64,000 nt of DNA, from assembly GCA_964016885.1 (NCBI GenBank), contig OZ024750.1, positions 42,408,001 to 42,472,000 on the forward strand, given 5' to 3'. Positions 23,632-35,579 of this stretch are shown one piece after another. The position numbers and the translations under genes were made by a program. This DNA comes from Eledone cirrhosa. Its lineage: Eukaryota. Within the stretch, counting starts at the first letter, position 1, and each line of letters opens with the position of its first letter. The notes under the pieces are model-generated. The model did not search any database. It saw only the letters and a program-made list of their open reading frames with translations, and had not been told where the DNA came from.

Positions 23632-26600
23632 TAGTGTACCTATTGTAAACCAGATACACACAGGGATACAGTGTACCTATTGTAAACCAGATACAGACAG
23701 GGATACAGTGTACCTATTGTAAACCAGATACACACAGGGATACAGTGTACCTATTGTAAACCAGATATACAGGGATATAGTGTACCTATTGTAAACCAGA
23801 TATACAGGGATATAGTGTTGTACCTATTGTAAACCAGATATACACAGGGATACAGTGTACCTATTGTAAACCAGATATATACAGGGATACAGTGTACCTA
23901 TTGTAAACCAGATACACACAGGGATACAGTGTACCTATTGTAAACCAGATATACAGGGATATAGTGTACCTATTGTAAACCAGATATACAGGGATATAGT
24001 GTTGTACCTATTGTAAACCAGATATACACAGGGATACAGTGTACCTATTGTAAACCAGATATATACAGGGATACAGTATACCTATAGTAAACCAGATACA
24101 CACAGGGATACAGTGTACCTATTGTAAACCAGATATACAGGGATACAGTGTACCTATTGTAAACCAGATACACATCGATATAGTGTACCTATTGTAAACC
24201 AGATACACACAGGGATACAGTGTATCTATTGTAAACCAGATATACACAGGGATACAGTATACCTATAGTAAACCAGATACACACAGGGATACAGTGTACC
24301 TATTGTAAACCAGATACACAGGGATACAGTATCTATAGTAAACCAGATACACAGGGATATAGTGTACCTATTGTAAACCAGATACACACAGGGATACAGT
24401 GTACCTATTGTAAACCAGATACACAGGGATATAGTGTACCTATAGTAAACCAGATACACACAGGGATACAGTGTACCTATTGTAAACCAGATATACAGGG
24501 ATACAGTACCTATAGTAAACCAGATACACACAGGGATACAGTGTACCTATTGTAAACCAGATATACAGGGATACAGTGTACCTATTGTAAACCAGATACA
24601 CACAGGGATATAGTGTACCTATTGTAAACCAGATACACAGGGATACAGTGTACCTATTGTAAACCAGATATACAGGGATACAGTGTACCTATTGTAAACC
24701 AGATACACAGGGATACAGTGTACCTATTGTAAACCAGATACACAGGGATATAGTGTACCTATTGTAAACCAGATACACACAGGGATACAGTGTACCTATT
24801 GTAAACCAGATACACAGGGATATAGTGTACCTATTGTAAACCAGATACACACAGGGATACAGTGTACCTATTGTAAACCAGATACACAGGGATACAGTGT
24901 ACCTATTGTAAACCAGATACACATCGATATAGTGTACCTATTGTAAACCAGATACACACAGGGATACAGTGTACCTATTGTAAACCAGATATACAGGGAT
25001 ACAGTGTACCTATTGTAAACCAGATACACAGGGATATAGTGTACCTATTGTAAACCAGATATACAGGGATACAGTGTACCTATTGTAAACCAGATATACA
25101 GGGATACAGTGTACCTATTGGAAACCAGGTATACAGGGATACAGTGTACCTATTGTAAACCAGATACACAGGGATATAGTGTACCTATTGTAAACCAGAT
25201 ACACACAGGGATACAGTGTACCTATTGTAAACCAGATACACACAGGGATACAGTGTACCTATTGTAAACCAGATACACAGGGATACAGTGTACCTATTGT
25301 AAACCAGATATACAGGGATACAGTGTACCTATTGTAAACCAGGTATACAGGGATACAGTGTACCTATTGTAAACCAGATACACAGGGATATAGTGTACCT
25401 ATTGTAAACCAGATATACAGGGATACAGTGTACCTATAGTAAACCAGATATACAGGGATACAGTGTACCTATTGTAAACCAGATATACAGGGATACAGTG
25501 TACCTATTGTAAACCAGATATACAGGGATACAGTGTACCTATTGTAAACCAGGTATACAGGGATACAGTGTACCTATTGTAAACCAGATATACAGGGATA
25601 CAGTGTACCTATTGTAAACCAGGTATACAGGGATACAGTGTACCTATTGTAAACCAGATATACAGGGATACAGTGTACCTATTGTAAACCAGATATACAG
25701 TGTACCTATTGTAAACCAGATATACAGGGATACAGTGTACCTATTGTAAACCAGATATACAGGGATACAGTGTACCTATTGTAAACCAGATATACAGGGA
25801 TACAGTGTACCTATTGTAAACCAGATATACAGGGATACAGTGTACCTATTGTAAACCAGGTATACAGGGATACAGTGTACCTATTGTAAACCAGGTATAC
25901 AGGGATATAGTGTACCTATTGTAAACCAGATACACACAGGGATACAGTGTACCTATTGTAAACCAGATACACAGGGATACAGTGTACCTATTGTAAACCA
26001 GATACACAGGGATATAGTGTACCTATTGTAAACCAGGTATACAGGGATACAGTGTACCTATTGTAAACCAGGTATACAGGGATACAGTGTACCTATTGTA
26101 AACCAGGTATACAGGGATACAGTGTACCTATTGTAAACCAGATACACACAGGGATACAGTGTACCTATTGTAAACCAGATACACACAGGGATACAGTGTA
26201 CCTATTGTAAACCAGATATACAGGGATACAGTGTACCTATTGTAAACCAGATACAGACGGATACAGTGTACCTATTGTAAACCAGGTATACAGGGATACA
26301 GTGTACCTATTGTAAACCAGATATACAGGGATACAGTGTACCTATTGTAAACCAGATACACAGGGATATAGTGTACCTATTGTAAACCAGATATACAGGG
26401 ATACAGTGTACCTATTGTAAACCAGATATACAGGGATACAGTGTACCTATTGTAAACCAGATACACAGGGATATAGTGTACCTATTGTAAACCAGATACA
26501 CACAGGGATACAGTGTACCTATTGTAAACCAGATACACACAGGGATACGGTGTACCTATTGTAAACCAGATACAGACAGGGATACAGTGTACCTATTGTA

Positions 26601-26853
26601 AACCAGATACACACAGAGATACAGTGTACCTATTGTAAACCAGATACACACAGGGATACAGTGTACCTATTGTAAACCAGATATACACAGGGATACAGTG
26701 TACCTATTGTAAACCAGATATACACAGGGATACAGTGTACCTATTGTAAACCAGATACACAGGGATACAGTGTACCTATTGTAAACCAGATACACACAGG
26801 GATACAGACAGGGATACAGTGTACCTATTGTAAACCAGATACACAGGGATATA

Positions 26854-27558
26854 ACGCATGAAAGACGACAGCTGTATAACAAAGTGCAGGGCAATAAAGA
26901 TAGACGGTAGCCACGGAGTAGGCAGACCCAGAAAAACATGGGACGAGCTGATAAATTCCGACCTCACACGCTTACACCTCTCCAAGACAATGTCACTGGA
27001 CCGAGACCTTTGGCGGTACTCAGTAATAGAGAAGACCCGCCTTACCTAAATACAAAGTAAAAACCTACTACAGTCAGTAGGCATCTCTATCAAAACACAC
27101 CCCCGTCCTCCACCCCACCCCACCCACACCGCCCCTTTCAATGTAAAGTTATGTTGGTCCCACAACATCCAGGCCGAAACAAATGAGATCGTGTAGGTGT
27201 CACGACAAAAAACACACAGTCCACGCTGTAAATGTGGCCGTGTAGGCAACACGGTAAAAACCTCCCAGTCCCACACTGTAAATGTGGTTGGTGTTAGGAA
27301 GGGCATCCAGCTGTAGAAAACCCGCCAGACAGTCCACGCTGTAATGTGGCCGTGTAGGCAACACGGTAAAAACCTCCCAGCCCCACACTGTAAATGTGGT
27401 TGGTGTTAGGAAGGGCATCCAACTGTAGAAAACCCGCCAGACAGTCCTATGCGAGCAAGACAACCACTCTTGCCTCAAGTGGGAAAACCCCCGTCCAAAC
27501 CCATGCCAGCGTGGAACACGGACGCTAAACCTGATGATGATGATGATGATGATGATGA
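26854..27558 (+). mobile_element. RTE LINE 3' fragment, copy 3 of 3
   Basis: Same junctions (offset 3927 from copy 2); one visible substitution (CCATGCCAGC versus CCATGCAAGC). Confidence 0.9.
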
Positions 27559-28159
27559 TAGTGTACCTATTGTAAACCAGATACACACAGGGATACAGTG
27601 TACCTATTGTAAACCAGATACAGACAGGGATACAGTGTACCTATTGTAAACCAGATATACACAGGGATACAGTGTACCTATTGTAAACCAGATACAGACA
27701 GGGGTACAGTGTACCTATTGTAAACCAGATACAGACAGGGATACAGTGTACCTATTGTAAATCACAGATTTATGACACACAGGGATATGTTGTACCTGTT
27801 CTAAATGAGATACACAATTATATATTTATAAATGTAATTACAGGTGTACATGTAATATATATTTAGCAGACCGACTTCTTTACAGAATAAACTAGAGAAA
27901 TGCTTGACTAGACTAGTTTTAGCCAGTTTTAACTGACTTACCAAAAATGTATTCTCAGTTTCAATCAACAACAAACAGAGCAGCTCACAGTTACTCATCA
28001 AAAGTGCCATAAGTAATATTTACCATTTTTACTCATTTACATATCAGTATGATCTCTGGCAGTATGTTAATTAGGTAGATAGAGCTTGGCACAAGTGTAG
28101 TCACGACTCATTTGTATGAGCAATGTGAAATGAAGTGTCTTGCTCAAGAAATGAAGTGT

Positions 28160-28720
28160 CTTGCTTTTTATCGTGTCACCAGCACAACCACCTTACAGTG
28201 TGGACTGGGTGCTTTTTACCGTGTCACCAGCACAACCACCATCACAGTGTGAACTGGGTGTTTTTACCGTGTCACCAGCACAACCATTTTACAGTGTGGA
28301 CTGGGTGCTTTTTATCGTGTCACCAGCACAACCACCTTACAGTGTGAACTGGGTGTTTTTTACCGTGTCACCAGCACAACCACTTTACAGTGTGGACTGG
28401 GTGCTTTTTATCGTGTCACCAGCACAACCACCTTACAGTGTGGACTGGGTGCTTTTTACCGTGTCACCAGCACAACCACCATCACAGTGTGAACTGGGTG
28501 TTTTTTACCGTGTCACCAGCACAACCACTTTACAGTGTGGACTGGTTGCTTTTTATCGTGTCACAGCACAACCACTTTACAGTGTGGACTGGGTGCTTTT
28601 TATCGTGTCACCAGCACAACCACTTTACAGTGCGCACTGTGTGATTTTTGTTGTGGCAATAACATGGCCACCTTAAAGGGTGAACTGGACACTTTTTGTT
28701 GTGTCACCAGCACGACCATA
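28160..28720. repeat. About 47-48-bp minisatellite related to the RTE/SINE-A 3' UTR subrepeat
   Basis: Unit CGTGTCACCAGCACAACCACTTTACAGTGTGGACTGGGTGCTTTTTA resembles 1538-1620. Confidence 0.85.
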
Positions 28721-28919
28721 TATCGAGAGAGAGAGAGCCCTCAAGAAACTTGGTGAGGTCACAAGCTGAACCTGCCCAAGCTTGCTTTTAGTCCTCTACT
28801 TCATTAATACACACACTCTACATCTCACCATGCATCAAGTACTACTTTGATTTGTGGTCTTCCCAGTTTTTACATAGTAGACCCACCCCTCTCTCTCTCT
28901 CTCTATATATATATATATT

Positions 28920-29480
28920 TCGTTTCTGAATTTGTTTAGCAAGATTCTTTATCTGAAAACGTGTGTTGAAACCGATATTGTTATACTTTTGAGACGCAAT
29001 GTTTAGACAAATCACAGAGGCAATAAACATAAATGAACTCCACCCAAAATGGAATAGCAACATCACAATTTACAATTAAGGACAAAATGAAAACACACAC
29101 ACACATAGAACAAACAACCAACCAGTAACATGTAAATAAACAAATAAATAAACAAATATAAACACACACAGACACCTGGATGTAACACATGCGCAAACTA
29201 AGCACACAACACACACAAAAACAAGATGGCGTAGGACAGAACAAAGGAGAGGCACAAAAACAAAGAAAAGAATCCCAGTCACTGAAGAGGTCACAGAATG
29301 TGTGACGAAAGAACTTTGACAATATATAAACAATCATCTGGTTGTGGAACCAACCAACCAACCGGAAATTTATAAATTCCTAAATTTATAAATTTAATTT
29401 ATTATATTAAATTGAAGTGAAAGCAACTGGTGCGTGTGTTTCTTATTGGCAACATGACCCTCCCAAAGTATAACAATATA
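28920..29480 (+). mobile_element. Penelope-like element 3' remnant (GIY-YIG C-terminus plus pseudo-LTR)
   Basis: 28993-29079 reads DAMFRQITEAININELHPKWN...*, resembling the R.I.EA..I....P..N end of PLE GIY-YIG domains; followed by a hammerhead motif; 15-bp inverted repeat ATATTGTTATACTTT / AAAGTATAACAATAT at the 5' junction and 3' end; (TA)n on both sides. Confidence 0.65.
29278..29320 (+). ncRNA. Putative minimal type I hammerhead ribozyme
   Basis: GTCA-CTGAAGA-G-GTCACA-GAATG-TGTGAC-GAAA-GAAC-TT-TGAC: stem I GTCA/TGAC, 6-bp stem II, short stem III. Confidence 0.65.
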
Positions 29481-29657
29481 TATATATATATATATCTTAT
29501 TTATCTCTAAAAAAAAAGAAGGAAATTCCGATTCTGCCCTGTCCATCCCCTCAATCTTTCTTCTGGTAAAGGACTAGTGTCCGAAACGTTAAAACCCTCC
29601 TCCTGTTATTTCAAGCATCAAACTAATATATTCCTTCCATATACTGTTCTGTTTGTG

Positions 29658-29696
<39 letters not shown>

Positions 29697-29697
<1 letters not shown>

Positions 29698-31293
29698 CAC
29701 AAATGATCAGCAAAAGGAGGCCTGGAAATGTCATTATGAGAGACTGATGAATGTGGAGAATGAATGGGAGAGAGAGAAATTACCCTCAGTAGATCCAACA
29801 GAGGGACCAGCTATTGAGATTGACGAATATAGGGTCCAAGAGGCGATTAAGGAAATGAAAAATGGTAAGGCTGCTGGATCGTTGGGGATAGTTGCTGAGA
29901 TGCTGAAGGCATCAGGGGACGTAGGCACTAAAATGGTTGCACGCATCATCAATCAGGCTATATATGGTGGTGTCATACCCAAAGACTGGTGCAGCAGTAT
30001 TCTCATAAATTGCTACAAAGGTAAAGGGGATGCTCTGGAGAGGAGCAATTATAGGGGTATAAAACTGATGGATCAGGTTATGAAAGTGGCAGAAAGGATA
30101 TTAGCACAACTAGTTAGAGAAAGGGTCAAACTAGATGAGATGCAGTTTGGTTTTGTGCCTGGGAAGAGTACAACAGATGTCCTCTTCTTGGTGAGACAAT
30201 TACAAGAGAGGTTCTTAGAGAAGAATAAGCCACTATACTTAGCCTTTGTTGACCTAGAGTTTAAGACTGGCTGTCCATGGGAACTACTCTATGCTGACGA
30301 TCTGGCTCTTATAGCAGAATCAGTAGAGGAGCTAGAGAATAAATTCTAGCTATGGAAACAGCAGTTGGAAGCAAGAGGACTGAGAGTGAACCTAGCTAAG
30401 ACAAAAGTGTTGATGAGTAGAAAAGAGGACAAAACTCTGATTCCGTAAGAGAAATGGCCATGTTTGATATGCAGAAAAGGAACTGGCATAAATTCTATAA
30501 AATGCACACAATGCAGATCCTGGGTACACAAGAGATGTAGCGGGATAGCAGGCAAACTAACAGGTAGGGAGAAATACGTATGCAGTAGATGTACAGGGAA
30601 ATTAGACAGTAGAAGTGGCATTGATAGACACATTTTTCAAATGCAGGCGGGTGCTCTAGAAGTGGTGGATAGCATCCGGTACCTAGGAGATCAGATTAGC
30701 ATGGGAGGGGGGTGTTCCGAGGCCATAGTATCTAGAATAAGGACGGGTTGGAAGAAGTTTAGGGAGCTACTTCCTCTGCTGACAAAGAAAGGTTTCTTGC
30801 TGCGTACGAAAGGCCGGTTATATGATGCCTGTGTGAGGAGTGTGATGCTGCATGGTAGTGAGACTTGGGCAGCGACTGCAGAGGATATGCAACGGCTGGA
30901 GAGCAATGAGACAAGCATGCTCCGTTGGATGTACAATGTCAATGTGCGTGAACGACCTAGCATGGATGTGTTGAGAGAGAAACTGTGTCTGAGAGGGATC
31001 GAATGTAGTGTGCGATAGAGGAGACTGTGGTGGTATGGACATGTGATGCGCATGGAGGATGACCGATGGGTGAAGAAGTACCAGGAAATGCCAGTTGAAG
31101 GAAAACGTGGTAGAGGTAGACGACGAAAAACATGGGCGGAGGTGATGAGAACAGACCTCAGATCGCTGAAGCTCACGGTGGAGATGACGAAGGACCGTGA
31201 CAAGTGGAGAGATGCTGTGCTGAATAAGACCTGTCCCACCCTTGCAAGCAGGGAAATACGGACATAAAATGATGATGATGATGATGATGATGA
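29697..31293 (+). pseudogene. Decayed RTE-clade LINE (second family): RT, PHD finger and C-terminus
   Basis: Homologous to 15800-17563 with stops at about 30347, 30446 and 31016, and an in-frame deletion (FVDLE|FKTG); (GAT)n tail; inserted in (TA)n/(TG)n. Confidence 0.92.
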
Positions 31294-31554
31294 TATATAT
31301 ATATATATATATATATATAGTATTATATATGTTTAGTAAACATCCATTTAGCCTGGCTATGTAGAGAGAATGGTTAAGTGACAGTATTCCTCTGTAGAAG
31401 ATGCCAGAGAGCTACTTAACCAAGTCTAGTTCTGTCTCTGGTTCTGCTGACTTGTCAGCCATGTTTATTCTTATTTTCAGACATGTTTAGGAAATGTTTG
31501 GATGGAAAATTTATCTCCCACCCAACACACACATTGTCTCAGCATGTTTGTTAA

Positions 31555-31635
31555 TAACACACACACACACCACATACACACATACATACACACACACATA
31601 TGCCACACATATACACACACTACACATATGCCACA

Positions 31636-31684
<49 letters not shown>

Positions 31685-32215
31685 ACACACCACACACACA
31701 CACACACCACACACACACACACACACATACGCCACACATATACACACATACACACACACCACACACACACACATACGCCACACATATACACACATACACA
31801 CATACACACACACCACACCACACCACACATACACACACACACACACACACCACACATATACACATATACACACATACACACACATACACCACACATATAC
31901 ACACATACACACACACCACACATACACACACACACACACACCACATACACACCACACATATACATACACACACACCACACCACACATACACCACACATAT
32001 ACACACATACTAACATACCACACATACACACACCACATACACACACACACACACACACCACACACATATACACACAAATCAACAAGGAAGAACAATGCAA
32101 CAGAATAAATCATCATCATCAGTCACCACCATTGTCGTCATCATCATCAGTCACCACCATTGTCGTCATCATCATCATCACCACCATCATTATCACCACC
32201 ACCACCATCATCACC

Positions 32216-32249
<34 letters not shown>

Positions 32250-32285
32250 ACACCACCACCACCATCATCATCATCATTGTCGTTG
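31555..32285. repeat. Degenerate (CA)n tract followed by a (CAT/CAC)n tract
   Basis: Direct reading. Confidence 0.93.
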
Positions 32286-32379
32286 TTTTTACCACCCCTT
32301 TTCATTGCCTGTTCCAATATGCAGGGATGCTGTGTACCTATTCTAAAAAAAAAAAACCCGGGGGTACACCCGGCATATA

Positions 32380-32519
32380 CAGTGAAATTCCGTTATAACA
32401 AAATTCACAGGGTATAAAAAAATAAATTGTTGTAACGAAAAATTCTTTATAATGAGAGCGACCCAACACATCGAGTATGTGGCCGGGGATTGAAGAAAAT
32501 TTTGTTATAACAGACATTA

Positions 32520-32520
<1 letters not shown>
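32380..32520. mobile_element. pogo/Tigger-like MITE end
   Basis: TA|CAGTGAAATTCCGTTATAAC terminus with recurring GTTATAAC motifs; partner end not clearly seen. Confidence 0.45.
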
Positions 32521-32564
<44 letters not shown>

Positions 32565-32694
32565 CAGAAAAATCAACAGGAAAAAAACAAAACAGGGTAA
32601 CAATACAGTACAAAGATGGTGTATTAGTTTAGTGCTTGATATAAGTGGGAAAAAATGCCTTAATGCCTTAAACTTGAACATGGTCGTGTCTTTA

Positions 32695-32915
32695 ATAATT
32701 TTTTCTACTTTAGGCACAAGGCCACCAATTTGCAGGGGAGGGGAAAGACAATTAAATCAACCCCAGTGTGTTACTGGTACTTTATTTTATTGACTACTTA
32801 AGGATGAAAGGCAAAGCTAACCTCGGTGGGATTTGAACTCAGAACGCAAAGGGCCATAACTCTGTGCTACGAAGCATGGTGTCCGACGCTCTACCGATAC
32901 TGCCAATCCACCGCC
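32695..32915 (-). mobile_element. SINE family B
   Basis: Reverse complement of 13208-13432 and the 62555 copy. Confidence 0.8.
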
Positions 32916-32937
32916 ACATCTTCAAGAAAAGATGTCC

Positions 32938-33268
32938 ATTTTTACGTCCGTTCTTCCACGCTAGCATGGGTTAGATAGGTTGTCCTGTTGTGGGCAGTGT
33001 CCGGTCGGCTGACCTTGTCTTGCTCATAAGGGAACTGATTCTGGCTTGATTTCTACAGCTGGATGCCCTTCCTAACACCAACCACATTTACAGTGAGTGC
33101 TGGGTGCTTTTTTGCCGTGGCGCCTACACGTCCACTTTATTGTGGAATGATAGGGACCCCAGTCCCTATCATCTCATTTCTACAGCTGAGTAAACTGGAG
33201 CAATGTGAAATAAAGTGTCACAACCTTTCGAATGCAAGCCCAATGCTCTAACCACTAAGCCATGTGCC
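32938..33268 (-). mobile_element. SINE family A
   Basis: Aligns to 1375-1795 with deletions. Confidence 0.85.
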
Positions 33269-33276
33269 TTTACTTA

Positions 33277-33324
<48 letters not shown>

Positions 33325-33404
33325 TATATTTAAAATTGTTGGGTTACAACTAGTAAATATTTATAACTGATATAAAAGCACTCGACAAATATTTGGAGTA
33401 TATT

Positions 33405-33656
33405 TACAATATTAAATAAATGGAAAACTATATTTATAAAACCATATTTATTTCATTATATATATTTCGGGGATATCATATTAACAATATGCTATGCCTT
33501 CATCAGGCAAAATACAATATAAACAGTTTTATAGATAAAACTGTTTATATTGTATTTTGTCTGATGAAGGCATAGCATATTGTTAATATGATATCCCCGA
33601 AATATATATAATGAAATAAATATGGTTTTATAAATATAGTTTTCCATTTATTTAAT

Positions 33657-33662
<6 letters not shown>
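33405..33662. repeat. Near-perfect 258-bp palindrome (128-bp arms, 2-nt loop), probable inverted Penelope pseudo-LTR
   Basis: Centre at 33533/33534; one mismatch seen (G33507 versus T33560); flanked by (TA)n. Confidence 0.92.
33553..33618 (+). ncRNA. Putative minimal hammerhead ribozyme (right arm; mirror copy at 33449-33514 on the - strand)
   Basis: TATTTTGT-CTGATGA-AGGCATAGCATATT-GTT-AATATGATATCCCC-GAAA-TATATA-TA-ATGAAATA: 8-bp stem I with two G-U pairs, imperfect stem II, palindromic stem III, AUA triplet. Confidence 0.6.
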
Positions 33663-33698
<36 letters not shown>

Positions 33699-33772
33699 CA
33701 CAGACATCTATATATATATCATTATTGTTAAATGTCCATTTTCCATGCTAATATACATATACACATACATAC

Positions 33773-33858
<86 letters not shown>

Positions 33859-34370
33859 TGCATACATTATATATATATACACACACACACACACATACAT
33901 AAATCTACAAAATCTTTACTCATCTACATAACAAAAAAAAACTAATATTTTTCTCTGAAGCAAATAACTGTTAATTACTAAAAATGAATAACTTTTAACC
34001 TATAAATGTTAAACAACAATGTAATTAATGGAAAAATGGACGTATGATGATGATGGTGGTGGTGGTAATGGTAATGGTAATGGTGGTGGTGGTGGTAATG
34101 GTGGTGGTGAGTGTCATCTGTAAATGTGTAGTAGATATTATAGTTTTTGAAACTAATTTATCATAAATATTGTACAGTTTCTTTTTTCCATCAACCAGTT
34201 TCTTAAAATACAGTTTAGTGTTAGGGTCAATGAAATAAACTTCCTAATCACACAAGTGTTTTAAATGTTCTTCAGAGAAAATTATTCTATCAGATTTTTA
34301 TTAATAAACTGTAGCTTTGTTAATTAAGATGAGTAATGTATCTTCCCCAGAGTTGTATGTCAGAATTTAA

Positions 34371-34611
34371 CCCTTTTGATATGAAACCACCCTCGATTTA
34401 TGATAGAAAACTGCTCATCTTAAAATGCTTATCCTTATATTAAAATCTTTCATATAATTTTTATTTTAGGAATTTTAAACTGTTTTAAATATCAGCTTAT
34501 TAAATGAAAGACATGCATTTCTATTAAATTTCTCCAAAATCTTTGGTTAATTTCAAAATTAATTGAAACTTGTAGGAAGTCTATTTCATTATAAATATGG
34601 TAATGAAATGG
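34371..34611. mobile_element. Second TTAA MITE family (decayed)
   Basis: TTAA|CCCTTTTGATA ... TAATGAAATGG|TTAA; related pieces near 41080-41540 and 52480-52870. Confidence 0.55.
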
Positions 34612-34959
34612 TTAAATATTTACGAATATAGTTCAACATGTCTTGGAGTCTCAGCATGTCTTGGAGTTCCAGTATGTCTTGGAGTTCCATGTCTTGGCAT
34701 TCCAGTATGTCTTGGAGTCCCAGTATGTCTCAGAGTTCCATGATATTTCATTTGGTCTTTCTGGGCTCTGAAATCAATCCTTCTAAAGCCAACATTGCCA
34801 CATCTAATTAATCCTAACCAGTTAAGTTCTCACTATATGCAAATTAGTTTCTCCAACTAATGTTCCATTTACCAAAACCATAAAATTATTGTTTCATAAT
34901 CAAGATGGTATTTCTAATTTAACAAACAGTTCTAATTAAGTCAGAAGATTTTCATTTAA

Positions 34960-35167
34960 CTCTTTAGCATTTCCCTTACTCTATATTTACTATTATATCT
35001 TCATGGGAAAGGCTTTAGCTCATATAAAATACAATCTATGAGATTTTGATAATATTTATTTGGAGAACAATACCTTAACATCAGTATGAGTGGCCGGTTA
35101 CAGCCAGTTTGAACAGAAAGAGGTGAAAGAATTCTGGCCAGATATGGCCAGTGTATATACTAAAGGG
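34960..35167 (-). mobile_element. TTAA MITE, unamplified copy of about 208 bp
   Basis: TTAA|CTCTTTAGCATTT ... TACTAAAGGG|TTAA; reverse complement of the 3022 family. Confidence 0.8.
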
Positions 35168-35579
35168 TTAAATGGGAAACTTTTAAAATGGGAGTTTTGT
35201 TTCATAGAACTAAAGGTAGTGTTGGGTGGGGTGGGGTCAAAAGGGTTACGGTAGACTGTTCCTAAATTCGAACAAGTTGAAAAATGTATGCATACACGCA
35301 TGGACCTACAACTCCGGAGGAAGTTATAGGGGTGCTGTGTTGACATACAGCATTTCTAGGGCATTTGAAAACCTGGTGGCACCCATCTCCTCTCAGGACT
35401 GAATACAGGGAGAGAGAGAGGGGAAGTGAGAAAGAGATATAGACAAAGAATCGGCCCAGTTCTTGACTGGTACTTTTCTTATTGATCTCAAATAGATGGA
35501 AGGCAAGGTTGACCTCAGCAGGATTTGAACTCAGAGAGCAGAGTGCTGGAACAAATACTGCAAAGCATTCTTATTTGTA

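Larger units (their letters stand above)
14475..27800. repeat. 35/37-bp satellite (AGATACAC[AC]AGGGATACAGTGTACCTATTGTAAACC) with embedded LINEs and 3.7-3.9 kb higher-order repeats
   Basis: Direct reading; diagnostic variants (CATCGATAT, GTATCTATT, TTGGAAACC) recur in the same order in three blocks. Confidence 0.97.

Noticed and set aside
14475-27800. 35-37-bp repeats next to a reverse transcriptase, suggesting CRISPR, retron or DGR
   Set aside because: Units are contiguous with no unique spacers; the RT is an ordinary non-LTR APE-RT insertion with a TSD and tail.
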